This document shows positions 12,749 to 25,901 of a stretch of DNA of 64,000 bases, one piece after another; position 1 is the first letter of the stretch; every line of letters begins with the position of its first letter. Position numbers and translations under genes: made by a program. The stretch comes from Mobula hypostoma. Taxonomy: Eukaryota. Under the pieces are notes generated by a model, which saw only the letters and a program-made list of their open reading frames with translations, was not told where the DNA came from and ran no database searches. Location of the stretch: the NCBI RefSeq assembly GCF_963921235.1, contig NC_086097.1, forward strand, positions 137,702,001-137,766,000, written 5' to 3'.

Positions 12749-13964
12749 CTGATTTAAGAAGGGAAATCATGGTTATTTGTGGATCTTCCTTGTTTTAATT
12801 AATTTTTTCCTAATGAAACGTGCAGCATTTTGAAGAAAATTCTAAGGAATTGCTACAGATAACCTCAATGTCAATCTGTTGAAAATCTTTCATCAAATTA
12901 TTTTTGAAAACTCATTTTTCAGTACCCGAGCGTCACTGTCAAGACTGGCATTTATTCCCCATTCCTTAACTATCCTTGAGAAGGAGGCGATGAGCCGTGT
13001 TTTGAATTGCTGCAGTCCAGTGAAGGTGCTTACACAGTGCAGTGTGAGAGGGAGTCCCAGGATTTACATCCAGTAACGAGAGAGGCACGACAATAGATTT
13101 GCAAATCAGGATGGGGGTGACTTGGAGAAGAGCAACAGGAGGAGATATTCTCAAGCATCTGCTACCCCCGTCTTTCCGGGTGGCAACATTCCCAAGGATG
13201 GGTGTACATATGGGGTCAGCAAACAGACCTACAATTCTGGTAATCTTTAACTTGTAGTCGATATTTATAAGCTAGCTGCCTCAATTAAAGTGAACAGAGT
13301 ACGAATCGACAATAAGAAGTTTCCAAAGCAAACTAGAGTGTACACGGGACAAGAGTGGTGGTGATTCAGCAATTACATTACTGGGCCAGTCATCAGAAAT
13401 AGGGACCCCAGTTCAAATCCCACCACAGCAGTTGTGCAGCTTAAATTTGATTAATTTTTTTGGAATATAGTAATGAAGCCATAAAAACTACTGGATTGCC
13501 ATAACAACCCATCTGGTTCACTGACGTCATTCCGGGGAAGAAATTTGCCCTCCTTACCCAGTTTGGTCTCCATGTGATCCACACAGAGGACTGATTCTTA
13601 AACGACTTGTGAAATGGCAAGGCAACAAATCAGTGTGATCACGACTGATTTACTGGTTGAAGGCAGCGACTCACCCCACCACCCCACCTTCTCAAGGACA
13701 GAAAGGGATAAATACTGGATTCTGAGAGACAAATTGAGCACAAGGACATATAATAACAGACATCAGAGATTCATACCATGTCCAACAGTGGAAATCAGCA
13801 ATCCGGACAGATATTTTTGACTTGTGTTCGTTGGATATCCAACATCCCAGCTTTGCAGGCCGATCACCTTAACTGAACTCAACTCAAACAAAAGCCAGCT
13901 GGGTTTATGTATGGGAAAACTGACCACAGGCTAAGGCTAAATATTTTCAGAGGGCTAAGGACAG

Positions 13965-14615
13965 TTAGAACATAGAATAGTACAACAGAGTACAGGCCCT
14001 TCGATCCAAAATGTGGTGCTGACCCTTTAACCAAATCTAAGATCAATCTAACCCTTCCTTCCACTGAGCTCTCCATTTTTCTTTCATCCATCTGCCTCAA
14101 GAGTTTCTTACATGCCCCTAATTTATTTGCCCCTACCACCACCCCTGGCAGCGTGTACCACACACCTACCACTCTGTGTAAAAAACATTCTTCTGCCACC
14201 TCCATTCGAATTTCCTCCAAACACCTTCAAAGTTATGCCTCCTTTCAATAGCCATTTTCTCCTGGCAAGAAGTCTCTGGCTATCTACTCTATCCATGTCT
14301 TTTATCATTTTGTAAAGCAAATCAGCTCTCATATTCCTCCTCACCAAACAGAAAAGCCCTAGCTCATTCAACCTACCGTCATAAGACACGCTCTCTAATC
14401 CAGGCAGGATCCTGATAAATTTCTTTTGCAACCTCTCAAAAGCTTCCACAGCCTGTTAACTTGAGCTGCAACTTTGAGGATTTACAGATGTGAACCTCTA
14501 AATCCCTGTTTCTCCACACTGCTAAAGAACCCTGTCATTGACCCTGTACTCTGCCTTTGAGTTTGACCTTCCAAAGAGAACCATTTCACAATTTTACAGA
14601 TTGAACTCCAGCTGC
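13965..14615 (-). mobile_element. CR1 LINE 3' fragment
   Basis: ORF 14123..14449 is an ORF2 C-terminus; tail near 13965. Confidence 0.85.
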
Positions 14616-14617
14616 AA

Positions 14618-15462
14618 TTGCAGATGACACCAAGATTGGTTGCATAGTGAACAGCGAGGAAGACTATCAAAGCCTGTAGAGGGATCTGTATCGGTTGGAA
14701 AAAGGAGTTGAAAAATGGGAAATGGAATTTAATGTAGACAAGTGCGAGGTGTTGCACTTCAGTAGGACCAAACAGGGTAGGTCTTACACAGTGAACGGTA
14801 AGGCACTGTTGAATGCAGTATAACAAAGGGATCTGGGAAGACAGATCCATAATTCCTTGAAAGTGGCATCACAGGTAGATAGGGTCATAAAGAAAGCTTT
14901 TGGCACATGGGCCTTCATAAATCAAAGTACTGAATACAAGAGTTGGGGTGTTATGTTGAAGTTGTATAAGAAGTTGGTGAGATCTAATTTGGAGTATTGC
15001 ATGCAGTTTTGGTCAACCTACACAAAATGTATCAATACAATTAAAAGAGGGCAAAGAAAACTTACAAGAATATTGCTAGGTTTGAGGACCTGAAAAGTTG
15101 TATAGGTAAGGACTTTATTGCTTGGTTGGAGTGTAAGAAATGGAAAGAGAGGTATAACAAGTTATGAGGGACACAGATAAGGTAAATGCAGTCTTTTTTC
15201 ATTGAGGTTGGGTGAGACTAGAACTAGAAGTCATGGGTTAAAGACGAAAGGTGTGATGTTTAAGAGGAACATGAGGGGGATCTTCTTCACTCAGAGTGTG
15301 GTGAGAGTTCGATTTCAACACTTAAGAGAAAATTGGATCCACACATGGATAAGAGAGGTCCGGAGGGCTACGATCTAGGTGCAGGTTGATGGGATGAGAC
15401 TGAATAATAGTTTGGCATGGACTAGATGGGCTGAAGGCCTCTGTGCTGTACTGTTCTATACT
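14618..15462 (+). mobile_element. CR1 LINE 3' fragment
   Basis: ADDTK codons at the start, then LYKKLVRSNLEYCMQFWS, 3' UTR and tail. Confidence 0.88.
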
Positions 15463-15467
15463 AGACC

Positions 15468-17106
15468 TCTACTCCACCATTCCATTATGGCTGATTGATT
15501 ATCCCACTCAACCCCAATCTCCTGCTTTCTCCTCGTAAGCTTTGATGCCTGACTAATCAAGAATCTGTCAACCTCTGCTTTAAATATATCCAATGTCATA
15601 GACTCCACAGCCATCTGTAGCAAGGAGTTTCACAGATTCCCAAACCTCTGGCTAAATAAATTCCACCTCATCTCTGTTCCAAATGGACATCCTTCTATTC
15701 TGAAGTTGTGCCCTCTGGTCCCAGACTCCTCCACACAGGAAACACCCTCTCCACATCCACTCTATTGAGGCCTTTCAATATTTGATAGGTTTCAATGAGA
15801 TCCCCCCGCCCCCCCACTGGTTCTTCTAAACTCCAGCGAGTACAGGCCCAGGGCCATCAAATGCTCCTCATACATTAACTCTTTCATTCCTGGAATCTTT
15901 CTCATGAACCTCCTCTGGAACCTCTGCAATTCCAACTTATCTTTTCTTAAATAAGGGGCCAAAAACTGCTCACAATAATCCAAGTGCAGTCTGATCAATG
16001 GCTTATATAGGTTCAGCATTACATTCTTGCTTTTATATTCTAGTCCTCTTGAAATGAATGCTAACATTGCATTTATCTTCCTTACCACTAAATCAGCCTG
16101 CAAATTAACCTTAAAGAATCCTGCATAAGGACTCCCAAGTCCTTTTGCACCTGATTTTTGAATTTTCTCCCCACCTATGCCTTTATTCCTTTTACCAAAG
16201 TACGTGATCATACACTTCCCTACGCTATATTCTATCTGCCACTTCTTTTTCCATTCTCCTAATCTGTTTAAGTCCTTCTGCAAACTCCCTGCTTCAACAC
16301 TACCTTCCCCTCTACCTATCTTTGTATCGTCTGCAAACGTGGCCACAAACCAATCATCCAAATCATTGACATATAATGTGAAAAGAAGTGGTCCCAACAC
16401 AGACCCTTATGGAACCCCACTAGTCATTGGCAGCCAATCAGAAAAGGCCCATTTATTCCCACTCTTTGCCTCTTGCTAATCAGCTAATCTTCTATCCATG
16501 CTAGTATCTTTCCTGTAATACCATGGGCTCTTATCTTGTTAAGCAGCCTCATGTGCAGCACAAAGGCCTTCTGAAAATCCAGGTAAACATCCACTAACTC
16601 TCCTTTGTTACTCCCTCAAAGAACTCCAACAGATTTGTCAGGCAAGATTTCCCCTTAAGGAAACCATGCTGACTTTGGCCTATTTTGTCATGTGCCTCCA
16701 AGTACCCTGAAACCTCATCCTTAATAATCGACTCCAACATCTTCCCACTACTGAAGCCAGGCTAACTGGCCTATAGTTTCCTTTCTTCTGCCTCACTCCC
16801 TTCTTAAAGAGTGGAGTGACATTTGCTATTTTCCAGTCCTCTCGAACCATTCCAGCATCCAGTGATTCTTGAAAATTCACTACTAATGCCTCCATGATAT
16901 CTTCAGCTACCTCTTTCAGTACCCTGGGGTGTAGTTTATCTGATATAGATGACATATCCACCTGCAGACCTTTCAGCTTGCCAAGGATCTCTGCCTTAAT
17001 AACTACACTCACTTCTGCCCCCTGACACTCTCGAAATTGTGGCATACTGGCGGTGTCTTCCAGGGTGAAGATGGACTCAAAATAGTTATTAAGTTTTTCT
17101 GCCATT
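15468..17106 (-). mobile_element. CR1 LINE, RT domain through 3' UTR, degenerate
   Basis: ORFs 16680..17105 and 15792..16400 ([33 protein letters not shown]). Confidence 0.92.
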
Positions 17107-17959
17107 TAATAAGTATCTAAGCTCTATGCCACTTCTCAGCCAGCTCTGCACCCTAAAATGTCCTGTTGTAACCTACAACAGTCGCAGAAGAGATTTATGA
17201 TAATAATTCCAAGGATAAGGGTCTTTAGTTAAATGGATGTACTGGAGAAGCCAGAATTGTTCTAAGAGAGCTTGCAAGAATTTAAGATCAGAAAGGCATA
17301 AACAGAGTAGGCAGATGTTGTTCTCACTGGCTAAGGGCTCAACAGTCTGGGGACACTGAATGGAGACGACTGACAAAGGACTAAAAATAACACGTGGGAA
17401 CGGATTTCAGCCCCCGAGAAACACTGACTGGTGTGCTGGCATTTCCAGCATTCTCCTTTTTGTCCGGTTGAACAGCTCTGACCTGCACTTCGCCGTTTAC
17501 ATATTCCATTTTTGTGTTTTCTCTCAGTCTTTAAACGATTGAACAGGCAATTCTGTAAACAAAACAACTTGGGAAACACTGGCTTCGCTATCACATTTGA
17601 CCTTTGTTTTATCCCTCCCTCTCAGCATTTCAAAACTCTTGTTTTCTCACTTTCTGTCGAAAGGCCTGGAACGTCGATTCTGTTTCTCTCTACACATAAG
17701 CTGCCTGACCTGCTGAGTACTGTATTTGCAGCGTCTACAGTTTTGATGTTCTGCTGTTGTGATTATGCTGACCTTGGTCGGGCATTGTATGTAGTGCCCG
17801 GGTCCGGACTGCCGACCACAAGGTTCAACATGAAGCATTTTCAGTATAAGGGGCCCGGGGTTGTCCCTTGGAGGGTTCGAGAGATGGGGGCTGGTGTTCA
17901 GATCAGGGGATAAGGTGGGAAGGGGGTCGGGGGTTAATCTAGGATCTGGAGCAAATAGT

Positions 17960-18430
17960 AGGAATGGGCTCGCTTTCACCTGTTCAGCGCCCAGAACCGC
18001 CGCAACAGCGGCTCGCCGCGGATCATCAGCCGCCCCGGTTCCGGACTCCCCGTTACCGCCGAGGCCTGGGGCCCCGCCGCCTCCGAGTCCGAGACCACCG
18101 CCAGGCCCCACCAATCAACCTGAACAATCGAGTCGGGCCGGGCCAGACGCAACCAATCGACCGCGGCCGGGCTGGCAGACTCACGCAATCGATCTGGCGG
18201 TGGGTGAGGTTGTCGCTGTGCTGTCAATGCCCGGTAGTCGAAGGCCCGTATCCGAACGGGGAGCCGTGTTTCAAAGTCGCCGTCCCCACAGTGTCAGATC
18301 CGAACTATTTTGGAAGCTTGAGACTGGTGGTAGTGGGGGATGACTGTCCGCTGCCAATGCCGCAAGCGCTTGAGACTCGCCTGCAGTCGGGTAGACGTGG
18401 AAGGTTCGCACGGCTGTTCAGGGGGAATCA
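17960..18430 (-). promoter_or_regulatory. TCAIM CpG-island promoter with CCAAT boxes
   Basis: GC- and CpG-rich stretch around the first coding exon; CCAAT at 18111-18115 and 18153-18157. Confidence 0.75.
17980..18026 (-). CDS. TCAIM: TCAIM coding exon 1 (MIRGEPLLRRFWALN-R), start of mitochondrial presequence
   Basis: ATG at 18026 in a CpG island; donor AG|GTGAAA; phase 2 fits the next exon; Arg-rich, acid-poor peptide. Confidence 0.75.
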
Positions 18431-18755
18431 GATGGCAGAATGGGGTCCTTGCCAAAGACGTAAACCACTGGATTTTATTCCCTGGAACGTATGCGAATGA
18501 GGGGCGTATAGAATCATGGGACACAGATAGGATGAATGCCAGCATTCGGGAATCGAAAGCTACAGAGCCTAGATTTACAATGAGAGGGGCAAGATTTTTA
18601 ATACGAACCCGAAGGGTACCTTCTTCGTAGAGGATGGCCAGTATATGGAAGGTTGAGGCGGGTACATTAACCATATATAGAAGGCGGTACATGGATAGAA
18701 AAGGTTAGAGATAGGGACCAAATGCAGGGAAATGGTACTATCTCAGGTAGGCTCA

Positions 18756-19121
18756 TACAAAATGCTGGAGGAACTCAGCTGTCGGGCAGCACCTATAGGA
18801 AGAAATAAGCAGTTGGCGTTTTGGGCCGAGACTTTATTCCTGTCCATAGATGCTACCTGACGTGCTGACTTCCTCCAGTAGTTTAGATGTTACTCTGGAG
18901 GCAGACACCTTGGTCGACATAGACAAGCTAAGTCAAAGGAACACAAACAAAATGCTGGAGGAAGTCAGTCGAGCACACATCTATGGGAATTAGTGATGTA
19001 GAATCTCAGCACGAAACGTCAACTGTTTACTCTATTCCATAGATGCTGCTTGGCCTGCTGAATTCCTCCACCATTGTGTGTTGCTTGGATTTCCAGCATC
19101 TCCAGATTTTCTCATTTGTGA
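18756..19121. mobile_element. Two adjacent palindromic Penelope-derived short elements
   Basis: Same inverted arms as 30412-30605; GAAACGTC retained in the second copy. Confidence 0.75.
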
Positions 19122-19347
19122 TTGAGCCAAAAGACCCATGTATCTGCCTATAAAACTCTGTAACACAGTGGGTCTAGCAGCACCTGTAGGGCAGAGATGG
19201 TTGAAATTTCTGGTGGAGACCCTGCATCAAGATGGTCATTGGCACCTCCTGAACAGTGCTACTTCACAAATGTGTTGTCTATGTTCATTTGATCTTCCCA
19301 TGGATGCCGTACAGTGAATCCATTTTGTAATAGCTGACGTCTAGAAC

Positions 19348-19401
19348 TTTATTGGTCAAAAGTTACAAGATTTACTAAATACAGCTGTCTACAACTTTAT
19401 T
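19348..19401 (-). terminator. Candidate distal polyadenylation signals of SLC39A6 (two AATAAA)
   Basis: TTTATT on the plus strand at 19348-19353 and 19396-19401, at the end of an AT-rich, mostly repeat-free ~1.8 kb stretch after the stop codon. Confidence 0.6.
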
Positions 19402-21180
19402 AAACACACAAATAGTAAACAAAATCCCAGTCTTCTTGTGTCAATCTACAACCTACAGGAAAACTTGAGAGCAAGATTTCAATGTAAAACCACAACGGTG
19501 CTATTTCTGACAGTACCCCATGCTTTAAATTTCATCTCAAATTTTGTTTTCAAGTCACAGACTACATGAAAATTTATCATAGTTTAGTTACATTTTCTCA
19601 GTGACAGCTGCCTGTAACATACACAAAAATGGAATATCACACTACTGTAAATCTCATTGCATACAGATTATAAATATGACAAAGAAATATTTGCAATAAT
19701 TAACATGTGGACTTTGTTTTTCAGAACATTATTTTAAACAATGCCGTTTTTAAGGCCATAGGATCCAGTTATAACAGCAGCAGCACAATGGCTACAGTGC
19801 CACACTTCCATCTATGAATGCCTTGTAAAAATAACAGCATTCATGGACTGGTCACAGTCAGATTACTAATTGTGTAATCTCTCTGTGTTATTTCAAAAGT
19901 ACTTCATTGGTTGTAAAGTGCTTTGGGATGCCCCCAGTCGGTGAAAGGTACTGCAGGGCCAGTCTCTTTTGTAACAGTTCAAAACACTGAGAATACGCTA
20001 AAGAACTTAAATCTACAATCTGGGACATTATCAATCTAGAGTAACAGCATCAATTGAATAAAACAATCTACAACCTTATTACTAAATACACACATACTAA
20101 ACAACCCCACTCAGAGACTGCAATGCAATTGTTTTAAACAACAGCTGAAAAAGCATCAATATATATTGGATATCCACCGTGTAACATTTGTACATGCAAT
20201 GCATCTTGTAACAATAACTTCAACACAAATCCTGCAGGCTTTGGTCAACTATTTCTCTTTTGGATAAAGGCAGCTTGTGGAATGTGTGAGTGTTATCCAG
20301 ACTGTTATAATCAAATAAATAAATAAATATTCTGTCACCTTAGTAGCTGACAAAAACTAGTTGAAATGACAAGTTGAAGGCCTGTGGGGCTGCATTGAAA
20401 ATAAAACTGTTTCTGTAACATTTTCACTGCTCAGCTTTATCTCCCTTTTCTACTTATTAGACATTCAGCTTCCTTCCTGTCTGTCTCAAAACCTTTGTCC
20501 AGTCAAATGATCATTTAACATAGCTATTAACTAAATCTGGTTTGTATCTCATACATTCAGGAATTCATATCTAATTGGTTGCCTTAAATTTAAAACGTGG
20601 ATTGCATAAGGCAAAGTGATCCAGCCAAAGATTAATCCCTACATAAGGGATGAAAGGCTGAAACAACACAAAATGCTGGAGCAACTCAGTGAGTTGGCAG
20701 CATCTATGGAGGGGAAAGGACAGAAAGTTTGGGTTAAGAGCTTTCAAGCGAGGGCAAAAGGCTGTTAGAAATGCAGAATGTGGAGAGTCTCTCAGCCGAC
20801 TGTGACTGTGAGTAGCGGGGAGAAACTATCTTTTGGTCGTGGTGAAAAGTTGAAGTCTGACTCCACTGACTTCAGTGGGTTGGCAGAAGATAGCCCCACC
20901 CCTTTCAGAGCTCCAAGTTAGGATGCCTACTTCCTCCAAGATTCTGTTCTCAGCTTGGCCTCCATGTTAACACAAGAACATGTAGTGATGCAAGTAGAAC
21001 TGGAGGACAAGTCATGAGCTGGGTGGCTTAGGCCTGGAGAAGAGAGTGGTGCAGACTGGGGGATAGATTGGGGCAGAGTTTATTGTTCACCATCATCATA
21101 TTACTAATCACACAATAACATACGTGACCAATAAATAAGTTTCAAACCAGTAATTATGAATACCGGTTAAGAAACAACTG

Positions 21181-21333
21181 TTACAGTCTTACAATAGACA
21201 AGATTTTATGCTCAAATACAGCAATAAGGAGCATGATGCCAAATCCCAGGAGTATTCCTGCATTCTGCAGCAGAAAGTACGTTCCGTGACTGTAGTCATG
21301 GTCACCAGCGTCACTATGAAGCATTTCAGGAAC
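21181..21333 (-). CDS. SLC39A6: SLC39A6 last coding exon (VPEMLH...FEHKILSIVRL*)
   Basis: ttttacag| acceptor; TAA at 21183-21181. Confidence 0.96.
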   Translation of the reverse strand, partial: VPEMLHSDAGDHDYSHGTYFLLQNAGILLGFGIMLLIAVFEHKILSIVRL

Positions 21334-22542
21334 CTGTAAAATGAGATGACAGGTAGAATGTGTCAATTTTATAATTCTGGAGAGCAAAGCAGTGGGGCAA
21401 GCTGGCCCCGATGAAGGGTTGATATTCTTCCCAGATAATGCAGTCTTGCCCCGATTATGAATGCCCAATTTCTAGATACATTGTACCTATGGATAAGCAT
21501 TTGGGAGACCGGTGGATGGAAGGGGGTGGATTTTCTGGCTGGTGGGGAGGGGGCCATGCAGGCATCTTTTGCAGGGTAAGAATGGAGCAATTCTGCATGC
21601 GTTCTCTCTGCCCCTCCCTCTAGCTGCAACAATCTGGGTTGAACAAAGCTCAGACTACCTGCATGGTCACTGATAACTTCAAAGGAGGAACAGGCACACA
21701 ATCCTAGTACCTAAACACCCTGGACTACTGAGCAGAGCTTGCAAGAAGCTAGCAGAAGTTTTGATCACAATCTTTCAGATATAATTTGACAGGAGTATTA
21801 GTCCAGAACAGCTGGAGGTTAAACTGTAGACTAACCAGACCACTATAAGCAGTGAAACCTCACAACACACAGAATTAATGCTTAACTGAAAATAGTCAAG
21901 CTAATTAAGGACAATCTATAGAGGTTTGTAAAGGATAAAGTATGCAAACAAATTATCTTTTTTGGGAGAAATAAAGGAACAAGGGATGTGGATTTCAAAT
22001 GGAAGTGTGATAAGATACAGGAGATAAACTCAGTAATCTTGAGTTAGAAAGTAGTTGATTCAAGTCTCCTCCAGGCACATGACCATAGGAATCTATGCTG
22101 ATAATCCAGTACTAAGGGAGAACTGCACCAGTAAAGGCCAAAACTAGGTTAATATTTCTGGGACTGTCTCCAGTGTCAGTATAGCTCTCCTTGAAGCAAA
22201 ACCCTGAAATATATGTAACATTCCTTGTGTTCTACTGCAGCTGAATTTTCCCCTTCAGCTGTAGTGAGCATCATGCAATTTGCCTAATTATTGGCTGTAC
22301 TTGCATATTAATGGTATTGCATGTACTTGGTAAATATTTGCACACAGACTTAAATCAGCTATCTGCCACAGAACAGATCTGTTAGACATCACTACACTTG
22401 CATCTTATTAGAAGAGGATGTTAACATTAACTAAGCCATTCTGGGATGATTTTCTATGAATAAGTTATAGTGGTATGAATATATATGAATATGTAATTCC
22501 TTGGAGTGCATTTGAAAATAAATCCCTATAATATATACGTAC

Positions 22543-22733
22543 CATATCGACCAGAGCCACGTACAAGAACAAACCAGCAGTAATCGCAAAAATCCACGTG
22601 GAGACATTCTCAGCGTAATGTCCAATGGCTGTGCCTGTTATCATGCCCAGGTATCCCAACAAAGCAGACAGGACATTATACAGAATAGCTTGCTTGATGG
22701 TCATTCCAGCCTTCAGCAGCACAGCAAAATTTC
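22543..22733 (-). CDS. SLC39A6: SLC39A6 coding exon 8 (GNFAVLLKAGM...LYVALVDM)
   Basis: catgcag| acceptor, ATG|gtacgt donor, 191 nt. Confidence 0.96.
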
Positions 22734-24419
22734 CTGCATGCAAAGACTTATTTAAAATTTCAAAATATATCTTTTTCATTAAAAAAATATATATATACAC
22801 AAGAAATACCAAATTACAAAAATACAGTGCAAGGTTATCTGTACATTTGTAGTGTAGCTCAATCCATACAGTCAGTGTTATTTGTTCTATACACCAAGCT
22901 GAGCACACTCTGTGTACAGAGCACCACCGCTGCTCATGTGGACTTCTGTGACAATATAAACTTTGCGTTTGAGGGACACCTACCATGGACTTAGTCCACT
23001 TGATGTCTAGTAACTGAAGCACCTGAGACTGTGGTCCTGCCTCACACAGCCTTTGCTTTGGCTGCATTCCCTGACAGTTATCTTATTGTTCTGGAAGACC
23101 AACAAGTTCCAGGCAGCCCAAGAGTTGGTGAACCTCTGGCAGCACTTGAATTTGTCTTGGTGCGTGCCCTGGGAACAGCCCACAGGTCAGTGCAGATGAT
23201 CAGGGCGAACCGAGACAAGACAACCTACAGCAAAAATAGTGCAAGACATTTTGGACTCATTGTTCAAACCCATGTGTTTTCTAGGCCTTGTTGTCTTACA
23301 CTGTGTAACACCACCTCAATGTGCAATGTATTGCTTTTAGACAATCGATTCACCTTTTAATAAGTGAAGAAAATAATTTGCCCAAGTCAGAAAGCTGTGG
23401 ACTACAAAATCCTGGACGCCACTCTCAGTGCATCCCTTCAGGTTGTGTCATCTGTGGCCTTGGTTTAATAAGATTCCACTTAATAAGATTCCACAAGACT
23501 ATCTGAAGAGGAACACGGAGTTCACTGTGTCCCGGAAGAATATTTATTCCAGCCTCACTGAAACATCTATGGTGGGAAACGAACAGTTGATGTTTTAGGT
23601 TGAGACACCTCACCAGGAATGGGGAGATGACCAGTGCTGATAAATGGTCATAACCCAAAACATCGACTCTTCATTTCCCTCCACAGGTGCTGCCTGACTC
23701 GCTGAATTTCTCCAGTGCCTTTGTGTGTTGCTCCAGATTGGGCAAGTGGAACAATGGATAACGTGTCTGAATATGGATAAGAAGATTGTAAGTCCAAATC
23801 CCACCTGGCTCAGTGACTTCCTTTGGCCAGTCTTTTAAGAACCACAACTGTTAGGCTGGGTAACAGCTTCTTTTCCCAGACTTAACATGCTGCTGCCACA
23901 CAACACGCATTCACAACCTGCTCCCCAACCTCTCCTCGCTCCCCAACTTAGACACACGCTCACTCTACACTGGTCATTTTTCATTGCTGCCGACTCACAT
24001 TTATACAACTGCATGTTTTATTATTATAGTGTCAGTAACATTATACTGTCTTACATAAATGTGCACCTCACACCTAATGTCAACCCGTAAATCTTCAGGC
24101 CTTTGTCACTCAGGGTCTTGTGACTGTATGTACTGGATTGTAACTATGTGTGCTGTGTGTGACTATATGTACTGTTTTTCACTTGTTCCCAGAGAAGCAG
24201 ATGTTTTGTTTAGCTGTATGCATGTGTATGGTTGAAGAATAAACGTGAACTTGATCTGCAATCTGTGAAGCCTGCTGTACACAGATTGATTGATTTTATT
24301 TTTCACTTATCAGTGACTCAACTACATCCTGTTTCATTGACTGTAAAAACCTTGAAGCTTTTTGAAGATTCTAACCCACAGAGATGAGCTTGGGAGCATC
24401 AGTAGCTCTTCCTTCATTG

Positions 24420-25390
24420 GAAGAGCCTACAAAAAGTAATGGATACGACCCAGCCCATCACAAGTAAAGCCTTCCCCATCACTGAGGACATCTACATGGA
24501 GAGCTGTTGCAGGAAAGGAGCATCCATCAAGGACCACCACCATCCAGGCCATGCTGTCCTCTCGCTGCTGCCATCAGGAAGGAGGGAGGAACAGAAGTCT
24601 CAGGACCCACACCACGATGCTCAGGAACTGTTATAACCCCTCAACCATCAGGATCTTGAACTGGAGGGGATAACTTCACTCACCCATCACTGAACTGTTC
24701 CCACAACCTATGGACTCACTTTCATGTACTCAGAATCAGGTTTAATATCGCTCGTACATGCCTCCGAGACAGATATGACTGGATCACCGAATGCTGTAGT
24801 TTTAATCTACCTTCCTAAGCGAGCATAAAAGGCATTGGACTCGTCTGGGAGGTGGAGCATCATTGCCATTCATGATGTTGTGTTTTGCTTTGTAGGAAGT
24901 AATGACCCGCAAAAGCCTGTCAGAGTTGACCTGCATCCAATTCCGCCTCACCTCAATCAGAATTGTTCTTTTGCTCTTGAGACAACCCTCCGTAAGTCAT
25001 ATCTGTCCTTCCTGTATCTCCTGGGTGGCCAGAATTGAATGCCACAGATCTAGCCCTCTACATGATCTCCTGGTTCGTCCACAGCTTTTGACTAGGGTTT
25101 GTACGGTATGTTCTTGTAGGCATACACTGACTCACACAGGTTTTAATGAAGTCAGTGACAAGTGCGGCATATTCATTCAGACTCAAAGATGAATCCCTGA
25201 ATATTGTCCAGTCCACCAATACAAAGCAATCTTGTAAGTGCTCCTTTGCCTCCCTTGTCTATACCTTTTTAGTCCACTCTACTGGTGCTGCACTCTTTAA
25301 TCTCTGCCTATACTCAGGGAGTACAGCCAAATGATCAGACTTTTCAAAAAGAGTGTAGGATGACATGGAACGTGTCCTTGATGGTAGTAT
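24420..25390. mobile_element. Cluster of degenerate Rex/Babar- or L2-like LINE fragments
   Basis: 3' ORF remnant (SIKDHHHPGHAVLSLLPSGRR) on the plus strand, followed by an apparently opposite-strand fragment. Confidence 0.55.
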
Positions 25391-25820
25391 AACAATGGTT
25401 CAGTGTGTTGTTGGCTCCTCTAGTACCACAAATGATATGTTGGTGATAAATATTTTGAAACTTTGTCAAGCTGGTTCGATAAGCAAACTAACTCTTTATC
25501 TTATGTTCTTGATACTTATTGCTTACTTATTTTCCTTTTTGTATTTGCAGCTTGTTGTCTTTTGCACGTAGGTTGGGGGTGTTCTTTCATTAATTCTATA
25601 GTTTTTTTGTATTTACTGTGAATGCTTGCAAGAAAATGAATCTCAGGGTTATATATGGTGACCTATGTACTTCAGTAATAAATTTACTTTGAACTTTGAA
25701 ACTCTCCCTATTGGAAGGTCCTAAAGTCCTATGAATGCTTCTGCATAGAACTGTACATTTTCCCCTTTGCAATCACAGCCAGGTATGTTATTGTGTGACT
25801 GTTCTGGTTTAAACACTTAC

Positions 25821-25901
25821 CTAGTTCGTGCGGCAGCTCATGACAAAAAACTGCAACCGACGTACTCAGTCCGCTGGATAAGCCTCCAGTAAAAGCCGCT
25901 C
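25821..25901 (-). CDS. SLC39A6: SLC39A6 coding exon 7 ([26 protein letters not shown])
   Basis: 81 nt; TM5 motif; |gtaagt donor. Confidence 0.96.

Larger units (their letters stand above)
116..18026 (-). other. TCAIM: TCAIM gene span (T-cell activation inhibitor, mitochondrial); 3' terminal exon lies outside the window
   Basis: Nine phase-compatible GT-AG exons whose joined translation matches remembered human TCAIM motifs (ALRPFYxAVHPDFFGQHP, NENSLK, PTQLTFYVRET, IxWDKxYYxFTG, WGxAHRCSQLHSL, DVHHHWTK, FHPRSLxGLQMIL, CDPxxLQWFIL). Confidence 0.95.

Noticed and set aside
17512-18692. Overlapping GC-rich ORFs at the CpG islands (also 49116-49845 and 52472-53040)
   Set aside because: Expected stop-codon depletion in GC-rich promoters and VNTRs; only the short TCAIM and CNOT10 first exons are supported.
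22984-23225. Possible poison exon in a SLC39A6 intron (good minus-strand acceptor, in-frame stop)
   Set aside because: Splice-like motifs alone are common, and no conservation or transcript evidence is available.
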